From Bradymonadia bacterium (lineage in GTDB: Bacteria; Myxococcota_A; Bradymonadia; UBA7976; UBA1532), in contig JBKAGE010000035.1 in the NCBI GenBank assembly GCA_046290225.1, positions 32,001-96,000 on the forward strand: a DNA stretch of 64,000 nucleotides. The letters run 5' to 3'. Positions 48,286 to 58,569 of this stretch are shown here, piece by piece; positions within the stretch are counted from its first letter, which is position 1; every line of letters starts with the position of its first letter. The position numbers and the translations under genes were made by a program. The notes under the pieces were generated by a model. That model was given only the letters and a program-made list of their open reading frames with translations, was not told the DNA's origin and did no database searches.

Positions 48286-49866
48286 ATGCATTCCACAGTA
48301 CGCACCGGTTTACTTTTGCTGTGTTTCACGGGGCTCACCGGTTGTGTCGTCGAGACCGCAGAGGAGATCGGGAGCAACGCCCAGAATGGTGAGGGCGGTG
48401 AGCACGACAGCGGCCTGAGTGGCGAGGGTGGCAGCGGGGGCGGCGCCGGCGGGCCAGGGGCCTACATCTGCCAAGCCAACAACGACTGTGAAGCCAATCA
48501 GGTCTGTGTCGACGGCATCTGTACCGCTCCACGGCCGAACACCCCTTCGGAGATCTGCGACCAGCTCGACAACGATCAAGATGGCACCATCGACGAAGGG
48601 GTCTGTGATCCCAACGTCGAATGCCAGTCGAGCGATGATTGCCCTCCGGATCTACGCTGTGTGCAGGGCGTGTGTGTTGAGATGATGGTGGCGCAGAACG
48701 AAGCCTGCGACGGCATCGACAACGACGGCGACGGCACGGTGGACGAGCAGCCTGTGCCCACGTTTTGCGCCGTGGCCATCGGCGAGTGTCGGGCAGAAGG
48801 CATCATCCTGTGTGAGCAGGGGGTCGAGACATGCAGCGCGCAGCCTGCCGATCCCGATCCCGAAGAATGCAACGCCCTCGATGATGATTGTGACGGCCTC
48901 GTCGACGAAGGTGTGTGCGGGCCTGATGTGGAGTGCCGCTCGAGCGATGATTGCCCACCTGGCTTGATCTGCGTCGACAACGTCTGTGCGCAGGATCCGG
49001 ACGATCCTTGTGGCGCCGACTTCGACCAGGACGCCATTGGCGAGCAGTGCGACAACTGTCCTCAGACATTCAATCCGGATCAGACCGATACAGACGGTGA
49101 TGGCATCGGCGACGCGTGTGATGACGATCCTCAGCCCGAGATCTGCGACGGCATCGACAATGACCTGGATGGTGTCGTCGACGAAGGCGCTCAGGGCGAG
49201 GTGGAGCTGTGTGGCGATCAAATCGACAACGACTGTGATGGCATCGTCGACGAGTACCTCAATGGCCGCTTCAGCGACTTCCTTGGTGAGGAATGCAGCG
49301 TGGGCACTGGCGCATGCTTTGCCGAGGGGCAAATCGTGTGCAGTGATGATGGCGCCAATGTGGTGTGTGGTGCGGTCGCAGGTGAACCGGCTCCTCACGA
49401 TCAGAGCTGCGATGGCATCGATGACGATTGCGATGGTGTAAACGACGAGAACTACTCGGATGTCGCACCACTCGAGCAATGCGGCATAGGTGCATGCGTC
49501 GCAACAGCGCCCTTCATCTGCGTCGCCGGTGAGCCAAACAACGCATGCCGCATCGCCGAGCCAGCCCCCGATGACGCCACCTGCGACATCGTCGATGATG
49601 ACTGCGACGGCGCCGTCGACGAGGACTTCCCCTTCACCAACACCTCATGTGGGGTCGGTGAGTGCGTGAGCAGCGGCGTTCAGCTGTGCAACGGGGGCCG
49701 GGTCATCGACAGCTGTGTGCCGGGCCAGCCGGCCATCAATGACGCAAACTGCAACGGCCTCGACGACGACTGTGATGGTCAAGCCGATGAGGACTGTGAG
49801 GTTGAATGTCAGGGTGCCGCCGACTGTGGCCCCAACGAGCAATGTGTGCAGGGCATCTGTCAGTAA
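48286..49866 (+). CDS. Cys/Asp-rich lipoprotein with MopE-related (CDGxDxDCDG) and thrombospondin-3-like repeats
   Basis: LTGC lipobox; repeated E.CDG.D.DCDG..DE; CDNCP..FNPDQ.D.DGDG.GDAC. Confidence 0.85.
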   Translation: MHSTVRTGLLLLCFTGLTGCVVETAEEIGSNAQNGEGGEHDSGLSGEGGSGGGAGGPGAYICQANNDCEANQVCVDGICTAPRPNTPSEICDQLDNDQDGTIDEGVCDPNVECQSSDDCPPDLRCVQGVCVEMMVAQNEACDGIDNDGDGTVDEQPVPTFCAVAIGECRAEGIILCEQGVETCSAQPADPDPEECNALDDDCDGLVDEGVCGPDVECRSSDDCPPGLICVDNVCAQDPDDPCGADFDQDAIGEQCDNCPQTFNPDQTDTDGDGIGDACDDDPQPEICDGIDNDLDGVVDEGAQGEVELCGDQIDNDCDGIVDEYLNGRFSDFLGEECSVGTGACFAEGQIVCSDDGANVVCGAVAGEPAPHDQSCDGIDDDCDGVNDENYSDVAPLEQCGIGACVATAPFICVAGEPNNACRIAEPAPDDATCDIVDDDCDGAVDEDFPFTNTSCGVGECVSSGVQLCNGGRVIDSCVPGQPAINDANCNGLDDDCDGQADEDCEVECQGAADCGPNEQCVQGICQ

Positions 49867-49888
49867 CCCCACCTCTACCTCTTCAGCA

Positions 49889-52204
49889 TCAGCCCTTCTT
49901 GCCGTACTTCGGCAGCCCCATCGAGATCACCGGGATGGGATCCTTCCCGTTTTCACCGTACAGCGCCGAATAGATGATCCAGCTGCCCACCACGGAGCGG
50001 GTGTACCAGCGGGTCTCCTCGAAGGGGATCAGCTCCACCCACATGTCGAGGGGCAGCTTGCCCCGGGCTTTGAGCCAGCGCTTGAGCGCCCCCGGGCCCG
50101 CGTTGTACCCCGAAGGCAACAAGGGCAGCGTGTCGCGGACACGATCACCGATGTGGGCGAGGTAGCGGGTGCCCAGGCGCACGTTCACTTCGGGATCCCG
50201 CAGCGAGGTTCGGGTGATGGCCTTCTCTCCCTTTTTCCGCATCGACTTCGCCGTGGGCATGATCAACTGCATCAGGCCGAAGGCGTTGGCGAAGGACTGC
50301 ACCGCGGGGTTGAAGCCGCTCTCTTCTCGCATGATGGCCCACACGAAGAACGGATCGATGCCCACCTCTTTGGCGGCTTTCTGTACCAGGGGCCCGAAGG
50401 CCTGGGGGTAGCCCATCTCCCAGTGCTGGCGGAACGGCCCTGCCGGTGACACGCGCTGCCAGGCGTTCAGCTGGCGCCGCAAGATGTTGTGGCTGATGCG
50501 CCATGCACCTGCGCTGTGGAGCACCTTGGCGCTGAACCACAACATGTTGTCACCCTTGGCTTCACCCTTGAGGGCGCTCCAGGCGAGCTCTGCGAGGCCC
50601 AGGCGGGCGAGGAGCACGGCCCGCTGCGCCACCTGCGGATCGAGCCCAGCGGGGATCTCCACACCACCCGGGGCGCCCTTCACGGGACGCACGCCTGGGA
50701 GACCTGCCGGCGCACGTTTCACAGCCCTCAGGGCATCGCGCATGGTGCGGCGGGCCTTTGTCTTGCCGAGGGCACGCAGCCGGCTATAGGCCAGGGCGCC
50801 GTACCAGCTCAGCGGGTAGTCCTGGATGACCGCGGAGTAGCCCTCGGTGGCGGCTTTACGGTTGCCCTTGAGCTGCTGCACCCGCGCCCACCAGTACTTC
50901 GCCCGGCCGGCCACGCCGTGCTTGTGGGTGGGCTCTGGGGGCAAACGCTCCTGCAGCGCCAGCAGGCTGAGGGCGTCGTCGTAGGCTTTGCGCTTGATGG
51001 CGCTCATCACCGTGAAGAACAGCGCCTCGGAGACCATGTCCCCCTCAGGGAACCGCGCCACCAGGCGCCGGGCCACCCGCTCGGCGGCCTCGGGATCCTT
51101 CTTGTCGTCGAGCAGGTGCTTCACCAGATAGAAGCCGCCGTCGTCGCCGAGGCGATGATCAGGGTGCTTCTCCATCAGCGCCTTGAAGCTGTTGCCCGCC
51201 TCGTCTTCCTTGGCCATACGCTCTTCGAGGAGCGCCAGCCGATAGCGGGACCACGGCAGCAGATCGCTCTCGGCGGCGGCGCAGCTCTTCACCGCGGCGG
51301 TGAACTGCGGCAGGGCCTCGCTGTACTTGCGCAGCTTCCGCAAAGCCCGGCCGAGGGTGTACTGCACCTGACAGGCGGTCTCGTCGGTGAGGGCTTTGGG
51401 CGACAAGCCCGCGAGGGCCTCCACCACCTCGGTGTTCCGGTGCACCTTGAGCAGCTTCTCACCACGCTTCAACCGCTCGTTGGGCTCGAGCCGGTTCCAG
51501 TCCGGAGCCAGATCAGGCCGGGCGGTGATGATGCGCTCGGCGATCTGTGCGCCTTCCTTTGCTGCCCAGTGGGTGGAGTGCTCCACGTGCAGGCGCCGCA
51601 GGTGGGGGATCGCGTCTTCTGGCAGCTCTTCGTCGGAGAAGACCATGGCCTTTCCGAGCAAACCCACTGCCTGATCACCCCCGCGGCCGCCCTCGATGAG
51701 GGTGTCGTAGACCTGGTGGGCCTCTTCGTAACGCTCCAGCTTCCGCAGTGCCTTGGCCATGTAGCGACGGGCCATCCAGCGGAATGGCCCCCCAGGGCTC
51801 ACCTTCTTCGCCGTGGCGAGAGCACGCTCGTAATCGTTGAGGGCGGTGTAGGCCTGGGTCTGCCAGAGCCGGGCCTGATCCGCGAGAGCGGGCAGAGCCT
51901 CGGGCACCCCCTCGAGGGCCTTCAGCGCCCGCTCGTGGGCCCGCGCCTCGAGCCAGAGCCAGCCCTGAGCCGCCCGGGGGCCCGGGCCCTTGGCGGTGAT
52001 CTTGCGCGCCGCCTCGGCGTATTGCTGCCGGGCGATGAGATCGCGCACCTCGGCGTCTTTGGGCCCCAGACTGATGGGGGCGAGCTCGGCGGCGGTGAGC
52101 ACGCGCTTCGGCGGTGCGGCGTGGGCACCGCAGGCGGAGAGCCCTACGACAAAGGCCAGAGCGCTCAGCGCGACGAGAGGACGGCGTACAGCAGAAATAC
52201 GCAT
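49889..52204 (-). CDS. slt: Soluble lytic transglycosylase (Slt70-like) lipoprotein with TPRs
   Basis: LSAC lipobox; REES.FNP, GLMQL, YNAGPG, IPFEETR.Y. Confidence 0.9.
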   Translation of the reverse strand: MRISAVRRPLVALSALAFVVGLSACGAHAAPPKRVLTAAELAPISLGPKDAEVRDLIARQQYAEAARKITAKGPGPRAAQGWLWLEARAHERALKALEGVPEALPALADQARLWQTQAYTALNDYERALATAKKVSPGGPFRWMARRYMAKALRKLERYEEAHQVYDTLIEGGRGGDQAVGLLGKAMVFSDEELPEDAIPHLRRLHVEHSTHWAAKEGAQIAERIITARPDLAPDWNRLEPNERLKRGEKLLKVHRNTEVVEALAGLSPKALTDETACQVQYTLGRALRKLRKYSEALPQFTAAVKSCAAAESDLLPWSRYRLALLEERMAKEDEAGNSFKALMEKHPDHRLGDDGGFYLVKHLLDDKKDPEAAERVARRLVARFPEGDMVSEALFFTVMSAIKRKAYDDALSLLALQERLPPEPTHKHGVAGRAKYWWARVQQLKGNRKAATEGYSAVIQDYPLSWYGALAYSRLRALGKTKARRTMRDALRAVKRAPAGLPGVRPVKGAPGGVEIPAGLDPQVAQRAVLLARLGLAELAWSALKGEAKGDNMLWFSAKVLHSAGAWRISHNILRRQLNAWQRVSPAGPFRQHWEMGYPQAFGPLVQKAAKEVGIDPFFVWAIMREESGFNPAVQSFANAFGLMQLIMPTAKSMRKKGEKAITRTSLRDPEVNVRLGTRYLAHIGDRVRDTLPLLPSGYNAGPGALKRWLKARGKLPLDMWVELIPFEETRWYTRSVVGSWIIYSALYGENGKDPIPVISMGLPKYGKKG

Positions 52205-52221
52205 GTCGGAGCCTGTCTTGT

Positions 52222-53292
52222 TCAGCGCAGCCGGGCTGCGTGGTGGGCGCCGAGCTGCATGTGTCGATGTGTGTTGTGGGCGATGTGCTGGGCCATGCGC
52301 TCGGCACCGGTCCAGCTCTGTGCCACCGCCTCCAACAGGTCGACGAGGGTGTGGTAGTCCGCGAGGTGTACTCGATCGACCTGCAGATGGGCCTCGAGGC
52401 CCGCCTGTCGGTGGATCGGCAACATGATCGCCCCTGTAGGGTGACCGTGGGCCCGGAACACCTGAGCCTCGCCGTCGACATCTTCGATCAAGGCGCGCTG
52501 CCAGTCATATTCTGGGGATCGATCTGCGAGATGACGGGCGCAACGCTCCAGGTGCTGGGTCACCGCAGCGTCCATGAGGCCCGCCCCGTCACCGGCGAGG
52601 ATCACGGGCCCCATACCCGGGCTGACCGCGGGGGGCGTCGGCCGCCCGCACAGATTGACCACAGGCTGGCCATATTGCAGCAGCCCCTGACGCACGGCCC
52701 CCACGGCGCCAGCGCTCGACAACACCGAGCCTCGGGTGAAGACCGCGCAAATATGGGTCTGAGGCTGTCGGGCCTGCAGCCGATCGAAGAGCTCGAGGAT
52801 GGCCGCGGCGGTCACCAGACCATGGGCCGCCCGGGTGATGATCCATGCCCCTTCTCTCAAATACGCCGGCGCCGTCGGCAAGCCGAAGTCACCGATCTGC
52901 CCCGGGCCTTCGATTTGGATCAGCACGCGCTCCGGCGAACCATCGGCGGTGTGGGTGTACGAGATCACGCGACCGTCATAGGATCCGAGGGCGCCGAACA
53001 GGTTGATGATCTGACCACTGGCCAGCCCCGTGCTCTGTGGCCCGTGCCACAACCCCTCTGCCGTGTCACCCGACACCGAGATCACCTCGAGGCCTGGCTG
53101 ATCGATGGGGCTCTGGATGCACAGCGCCGGCTGCACCTCACCCCCACCGTCATAGGTGATCATGAGGTTCTGGTGAGCGTCCCGAGAGAGCACGAGGCCA
53201 TTTTCTACGGCGTACTGCTCCACATAGCGCATGATCTCGCCTTCGCAGAACGGACCGGTGGGGCAATCAAGAACAGCGTCGAGGTGGCTCAC
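52222..53292 (-). CDS. M20/M42 peptidase-fold protein with degenerate metal site
   Basis: P...F.E, D...NL, DQPG, FTR, G.GP.I..GD layout; canonical ligands appear substituted. Confidence 0.6.
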   Translation of the reverse strand: MSHLDAVLDCPTGPFCEGEIMRYVEQYAVENGLVLSRDAHQNLMITYDGGGEVQPALCIQSPIDQPGLEVISVSGDTAEGLWHGPQSTGLASGQIINLFGALGSYDGRVISYTHTADGSPERVLIQIEGPGQIGDFGLPTAPAYLREGAWIITRAAHGLVTAAAILELFDRLQARQPQTHICAVFTRGSVLSSAGAVGAVRQGLLQYGQPVVNLCGRPTPPAVSPGMGPVILAGDGAGLMDAAVTQHLERCARHLADRSPEYDWQRALIEDVDGEAQVFRAHGHPTGAIMLPIHRQAGLEAHLQVDRVHLADYHTLVDLLEAVAQSWTGAERMAQHIAHNTHRHMQLGAHHAARLR

Positions 53293-53506
53293 AGAGGCTC
53301 CACAAAAGGCCTGAGATGACAGGCCACTCGGAGGTTCGCTCTTTTACGAGGATCTCCTGGACCTAGACATGGACAGGGTAGGCCGCTCGGGGCAAGGTCG
53401 GCAACAATGGGAACGTCTTGAGGCTGTCGTTGTCCGAAGGTGTGCAGGCTGCGAGGATGCACACGTGATCGACGAGAGACCCCGGCAACGCACCGGCGGA
53501 GCACGG

Positions 53507-54100
53507 ATGGATGGTGGCAGTGACGAGCGGAGACTGATCAGGCGCCTCAAGCGTCGCGATGAAGCTGCGTTCGTCGAACTGGTGGCGGCCTACCAGGGGC
53601 GCATCTACAACCTGTGCTACCGCATGCTCGGCTCCTCAGAAGAGGCCGAGGAGCTGGCGCAGGAAGTTTTTTTCAAGTGCTTCCAGGCGGTGGGGTCCTT
53701 TCGCGGTGACTCGGCCATCGGCACCTGGCTGTACCGCATCGCCATGAACCTTTGTAAGAACCGCCTCAAATATCTCGGGCGCCGCCATCACGGCCAAACT
53801 CGCGATGTTTCAGATGTTTCTGAGCAGCAATGGTCGAGCCGCACCTCGGAGAGTACCCTCGGTGAGGCGCCGCCGCGGCCTGATCAAATCTATGAAGGCC
53901 GCGCCGCAGAGCGACGGGTTCAGCAGGCGCTGGCGAGCATCGACACAGAATTTCGGGAACTTCTCGTGCTGCGAGATGTCCAAGGTCTCTCATACGCCGA
54001 GGTCGTGCGCATCACCGGCCTCGCCGAGGGCACAGTGAAGTCCAGGCTTCACCGCGCCCGAGCGGCGCTCAAGCGCGCCTTTGATGCACTCGAGGGATGA
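53507..54100 (+). CDS. ECF sigma factor (RpoE/SigW-like)
   Basis: AEELAQEVF, TWLYRIAMN, GLSY.EV...G...GTVKSRLHRAR; GGAG RBS. Confidence 0.93.
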   Translation: MDGGSDERRLIRRLKRRDEAAFVELVAAYQGRIYNLCYRMLGSSEEAEELAQEVFFKCFQAVGSFRGDSAIGTWLYRIAMNLCKNRLKYLGRRHHGQTRDVSDVSEQQWSSRTSESTLGEAPPRPDQIYEGRAAERRVQQALASIDTEFRELLVLRDVQGLSYAEVVRITGLAEGTVKSRLHRARAALKRAFDALEG

Positions 54101-54147
54101 ATGGGCCGAGCACGCACGATGTCGGACTCGACCCGAGGAGGTGAAAC

Positions 54148-54612
54148 ATGAGCCCGGAACGGCTGAGTGAAGATCAAGAGGCCCGCCTCACCGATCTGCT
54201 CGACGGGGCCCTCGACGATGCCTCGCAAGCAGAGATGACGGCCTTGCTGCAGTCGGCCCCCGATCAGCAAGAGGCCCTCGACGACGCACGGGCGGCGATG
54301 CAGCTGCTGCAACACCTGCCCGCCCACGCGCCCTCACCCGATTTCGCCCGCAAGGTCCGGCGTCGGGTGCGCCGCACGAACGTGCATCGGGGCTACGAGC
54401 CCGCCACCGATCTGCTGGGCTTCAAGCTCGGCGTCGAGGTCTTCACGGTGATCGCAGCGGCAGTGCTGGCGGCTTTCTACATTTTCGGAGAGACGACCCG
54501 TCAGATGCCGGGTCCGCTGAAATCGGTCTCTGCGGCCCCTACGCAGACAGCCCCCGGTGATGCGGCGCCCACGGGGGCCACCATCAAAACGCCCACCAAG
54601 GCAACCCCCTGA
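54148..54612 (+). CDS. Putative anti-sigma factor
   Basis: L..LLDG.L anti-sigma-like helix, P.PDF, single TM; GAGGAGG RBS. Confidence 0.75.
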   Translation: MSPERLSEDQEARLTDLLDGALDDASQAEMTALLQSAPDQQEALDDARAAMQLLQHLPAHAPSPDFARKVRRRVRRTNVHRGYEPATDLLGFKLGVEVFTVIAAAVLAAFYIFGETTRQMPGPLKSVSAAPTQTAPGDAAPTGATIKTPTKATP

Positions 54613-54621
54613 TCTAGAGGG

Positions 54622-55692
54622 TTATGAGCCGAAGGGCATCACGCCCTGGGCCAAGGCCCCCGAGGCCATCGCCTCCATCACCTCTTCACCGAGGGCGTTC
54701 GCCGCCTCGGTGACCTTCCACCAGGCTTTGATTCGATCCGCGTTGCCCAACTCGGAGAAATCCTTGCGGCTCGGGATCCGCCCGTGGGGCAGCTTCTGCA
54801 CGAAGTCCGCGCTCGGATACAGCAGCACCCGTCGATCGAGGTACTTCGCCTTGCGCCACGGGATGCTCTGATCGAACCACCCGGGGACCACCCGATCGAA
54901 GAAGTGGGGCTGAAACACGAGGCCCCCTTCGTCGGCCACGGGCAAATCGAGGTGGTAATCGACGAGGCCGCCGTCTCGATATCGCCCCCGGCGGGCGCCC
55001 GGTGGGTCGTCCACGCCGGACATGAGCCCAGGAATCGACGACGAGGCCATGAGGGCCCCGTGGATGTTCTCCGCAGAGAGCGGCGTACGATCGATGGGCA
55101 GTCCACGGCGCTTCTCGATGGGCGCCGCGTGCCTCGGATCGTGAAACACGGTCTGCCGAAACATGAGCCCGGCCCCCCGCCTCGCCACGAGGTTGGCGCT
55201 GATCGACGCCACCATGCCCGCAGCGAGCAATGGCCGCGCCTCGGGTCGAGTGAGCCCCCGACTCCGCACAGCGAGCACCCCAAGGCGCGCGGTGGGGTGC
55301 TCCAGAGGCATCGCGGGACCACCGCCGGCCTTGAGGAACGCGTCGAGCACGCCCTTCACGCCTGCATCGACCTCGGCCAGCGAGGGCTTCTCGCTGTATT
55401 GTTGCTCGATGTAGTGGTGCTCGAAGGCGTTGATGGCCGCCACAGGATCAGGCTGGGCATAGCACGCGAACCGCCAGCTGCTGATGCTGGCGCCGATCAA
55501 GTGCAGCGGTCGCGCTCGCTGGGCGAACAACGCCGGCGCCAACAGCCGATCGAGACCAGAAAGCACGAGCCATTTGGGGCCCCCAGCAGCGCCGAGCAGG
55601 GTATCGACGTCATCGAGTCGAAAACCCTGTTCACGAATTCGGGCGAATGCGGTGGGGCCGGCACGGAGTTCAAAGTGGCGGAATGCGCTCAA
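54622..55692 (-). CDS. Patatin-like phospholipase family protein
   Basis: GAAGGPKW, GASIS, ASSSIP, DGG. Confidence 0.8.
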   Translation of the reverse strand: MSAFRHFELRAGPTAFARIREQGFRLDDVDTLLGAAGGPKWLVLSGLDRLLAPALFAQRARPLHLIGASISSWRFACYAQPDPVAAINAFEHHYIEQQYSEKPSLAEVDAGVKGVLDAFLKAGGGPAMPLEHPTARLGVLAVRSRGLTRPEARPLLAAGMVASISANLVARRGAGLMFRQTVFHDPRHAAPIEKRRGLPIDRTPLSAENIHGALMASSSIPGLMSGVDDPPGARRGRYRDGGLVDYHLDLPVADEGGLVFQPHFFDRVVPGWFDQSIPWRKAKYLDRRVLLYPSADFVQKLPHGRIPSRKDFSELGNADRIKAWWKVTEAANALGEEVMEAMASGALAQGVMPFGS

Positions 55693-55724
55693 GAGCGGTC
55701 CTCTTCACAGAACGAGACCCGCGG

Positions 55725-56173
55725 ATGATCCACCCATTTCACGGCCCGACACAAGGCCGGTGGACGATCCGTCACTGGATGAGCGGTTCACCAAAGCTGG
55801 TTTGAAGCGCGCCCTCACCGAGGTGCTCCGCAGGAGCGGTGTCAAAGGCAAACCTCTCAAGGCCGACTGCGCGGAATACCCGTGCCTTATCTCCACCACG
55901 ATCCGCGTCCCCAGCATGGCGCAACATGGGCAGGACAGCACTGATGTCGTGCTCAAGCGCACCCTCAAAGACATGTTCCGAGGTCAGAACGCGCGCACTT
56001 TCTTCCGCATCAAATTCAAGCGCTCAGGCAAGAAGAAGAGGCTGTATTTCAACATCCACTTCTCCGCATGGCCCAAAGACGACTACACACCTGACGACAA
56101 CAAGAAGCTCAAGCAACGCCTGCGATTTCGCAGGCGACAGCAGTTCCGTAACAAAGGCCAGAAGAAGCGGTGA
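55725..56173 (+). CDS. Hypothetical protein or truncated paralogue of the 57687-58514 C-terminal domain
   Basis: DCAEYPCLI and RLRFR match DCSEFPCIV and RLRFR; no clear start codon, left coordinate approximate. Confidence 0.5.
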
Positions 56174-56231
56174 GCTTCGCCCTCAACACACCCGAACAAT
56201 GGGTGTGACTTGGGGTATTTGAAGAAATTCG

Positions 56232-56256
56232 GGAACCCTTCTTCTCGGCCTGCGTG
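56232..56256 (+). promoter_or_regulatory. Candidate ECF promoter GGAAC-N16-CGTG
   Basis: Classic ECF -35/-10 pattern directly upstream of the sigma gene. Confidence 0.6.
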
Positions 56257-56265
56257 AAACAGAGT

Positions 56266-56841
56266 GTGTACCTCGCATTGACCCAGAACCAGCCCGAGAC
56301 CGAGCTGCTCACCGCCGTCGCCGCGGGTGATCGTAAAGCCACTGTCGCGCTGGTGAAACGATTCGAGCGCCCAGTCTTCGCGTTGCTGTCTCGCATGTTG
56401 GGCACGGCTGATCCGCACCGACTCGAAGACATCGCTCAGGAAGTGTTCCTGAAGGTCTTCCGGGCGCTGCCCAACTTCGATCCGAAGGGCAAAGCCCAGC
56501 TGTCGACCTGGGTGCTCACGATCGCCACCCGCGTAGCGATCGACGAGCTGCGTCGACGCCCAGCAGATGTGCCCACGGGAGAGCTGCCAGAGCCCACGGT
56601 GGTGCCTCAGGTGGAGCAGGTGATCGACCGCGCCCGGCTGGGTCAGGCGATCGAGCAAGCGGCGCTCTCGCTCCCTGAAGGGCAACGGGCGGCTTTTGTG
56701 CTCCGGGTCTACCACGAGCTTGGCTACCCGGAGATCGCCGAGGCCCTGGGCGTGGACGTGGGCACAGTGAAATCACGCATCTCCCGGGCGAGAGCCGCCC
56801 TCAAACGCGCTCTCAGGCACACCGGATGGGAGGATCTCTGA
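56266..56841 (+). CDS. ECF sigma factor
   Basis: LEDIAQEVFL, STWVLTIA, Y.EIAEALG...GTVKSRISRAR. Confidence 0.93.
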   Translation: MYLALTQNQPETELLTAVAAGDRKATVALVKRFERPVFALLSRMLGTADPHRLEDIAQEVFLKVFRALPNFDPKGKAQLSTWVLTIATRVAIDELRRRPADVPTGELPEPTVVPQVEQVIDRARLGQAIEQAALSLPEGQRAAFVLRVYHELGYPEIAEALGVDVGTVKSRISRARAALKRALRHTGWEDL

Positions 56842-57659
56842 TGACTGACCATCAACACGAGCAGCCTCTGTCCTCAGAGGCACGGAAGAGCTGGCCTGCG
56901 GCTGAGCCCCCTGCGGGGTTTGCCGATCGCATGGCCAGCGCATGGCTCGATGAACAAGCAATCACACAATCACCCGCCGCAGTCACGATGCCTGCGACGA
57001 GGCGCTGGAGGTTTTGGATGTTTGGTGGTTTGGCTGCTGTGACAGCGCTGATCTTGTTGTGGGTGAACCCATTTGCCCCTCGAACTGTACAAGTGAACGA
57101 ACCGGGGACTGTTGAAGCGCCCATCGCGCCTCAGCCTGGTCCACTGACCACCCATCATATCGAGCAGCAAAAACCAGCCTCAGAAACCCCCGAACCTGAG
57201 CCACGGGAGCGCAAAATCGCCGTTCAAGTCGAGGCGCTGCTCGAGCAGCTCAAAATCGTGAATGAAAGAATAGGGGCCACCGAGATTCGGCTTGGCTCTG
57301 TTTATAGCGAATTCAATGCAGTTCTGGCTGAACCCCACACCCCAATGACATCTAGACTCGAGCCGCTCATGCTGGAACTGGCCGACGCGAGAACAAATCT
57401 CCGGAATCTGTCCAAGCAGTACACATCGAGCCACCCGGATGTGGTTGCCGCGAGGAGCAAGGTCAAAGTCATCATGAGAAAAATCGAAATTTTCGAAAAC
57501 ACGTACGACCCTCAACACATCGTCAAAAGACGATATGACCCGAGGACTTCACCTCTACGGTCGAAGATCGCAGCTGAGAGGGGCGCACTCAAACGTCTCA
57601 AGCGCCGACGCGCCGCTTTGGAGCGCAAACTCAAGGCGGTTGAGGCATCATTGCCGTGA
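56841..57659 (+). CDS. Putative anti-sigma factor with coiled-coil extracytoplasmic domain
   Basis: W....PP.GFADR N-terminus, single TM, coiled coil with YTSSHPDV. Confidence 0.65.
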   Translation: MTDHQHEQPLSSEARKSWPAAEPPAGFADRMASAWLDEQAITQSPAAVTMPATRRWRFWMFGGLAAVTALILLWVNPFAPRTVQVNEPGTVEAPIAPQPGPLTTHHIEQQKPASETPEPEPRERKIAVQVEALLEQLKIVNERIGATEIRLGSVYSEFNAVLAEPHTPMTSRLEPLMLELADARTNLRNLSKQYTSSHPDVVAARSKVKVIMRKIEIFENTYDPQHIVKRRYDPRTSPLRSKIAAERGALKRLKRRRAALERKLKAVEASLP

Positions 57660-57686
57660 ATCCCCCTCTGATGGAGCGCCTTCTCG

Positions 57687-58514
57687 ATGAGTTCAAACAT
57701 CAAACAGCTGATGCTGGCTGCCCTCAGCGGCGCAGCAGTGAGCGCAGCAGTCGTCGTCCTGATCTATGAGGGCCGCACACCCGAGACCCAGGTGACAGCC
57801 AACCCCACCTCCTCAGCTCAAGAGACACCTCCGGCTGCCCCCTCACTGGAATCCACAGCGCTCTCGCCTTACGCCAAGCGGACCATCGACGCCATCACCG
57901 AAGAGAAGGACGCCCTGCTCACACGGGTCGACACCCTCGAGAAAGATCTGGCCCTGGCCAGATCGGTGACGCTCGCCGGGGCCGTGAAGGCGGACCCCGA
58001 GGTGGCCCAGCTCAAACGACAGATCGAGTTGCTGCAGCAGGCTCTCGACGAAGAGCACGCTCAGCAGGCTGTGCGTGAGGGTGAGGCGCTGCCGTTTCCC
58101 GACGATCTGCCCGAGGCCTACACCGAGGCGGGCTTGCGTCAGGCCTTCACCGACATGCTCGCCGCCCAGGGCATCCACGGAGAGATCTCCGAGATCGATT
58201 GCTCGGAGTTCCCCTGCATCGTGCACGGTGAGGCAGAAGATCGAAGCGCTGATCGCAACACCATCAACCAGAAGTTCGACGCCCTCAACGACATGATCGA
58301 CGAGCGTTACCCCAAAGACGAGGCCAGCCACAGCGCCTCGATCTGGGGCTCGACTACCAAGGACGAGCAGGGCGAGCCGCTCCACAAGAACAGCTTCAGC
58401 TTCTCGGTCTATCCCAAGGCCGATCAGTCTGAAGAAGACCAGACAGCGATCCGCAAACGGCTACGGTTCCGCAACCAGCAACGCCGCGACCTGATGGAGC
58501 AAGAGAAGCAGTAA
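57687..58514 (+). CDS. Membrane-anchored coiled-coil hypothetical protein with CxxxPC domain
   Basis: N-terminal TM, coiled coil, DCSEFPC. Confidence 0.7.
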   Translation: MSSNIKQLMLAALSGAAVSAAVVVLIYEGRTPETQVTANPTSSAQETPPAAPSLESTALSPYAKRTIDAITEEKDALLTRVDTLEKDLALARSVTLAGAVKADPEVAQLKRQIELLQQALDEEHAQQAVREGEALPFPDDLPEAYTEAGLRQAFTDMLAAQGIHGEISEIDCSEFPCIVHGEAEDRSADRNTINQKFDALNDMIDERYPKDEASHSASIWGSTTKDEQGEPLHKNSFSFSVYPKADQSEEDQTAIRKRLRFRNQQRRDLMEQEKQ

Positions 58515-58569
58515 GAGGTCCTATGAGTTTCTGCTTGCGCTGATCCGACTCCGCTGACACACAACAGTC

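Noticed and set aside
58512..58523. TAAGAGGTCCTA resembling the end of the 161-bp elements
   Set aside because: Only 12 bp, with no internal core or second end.
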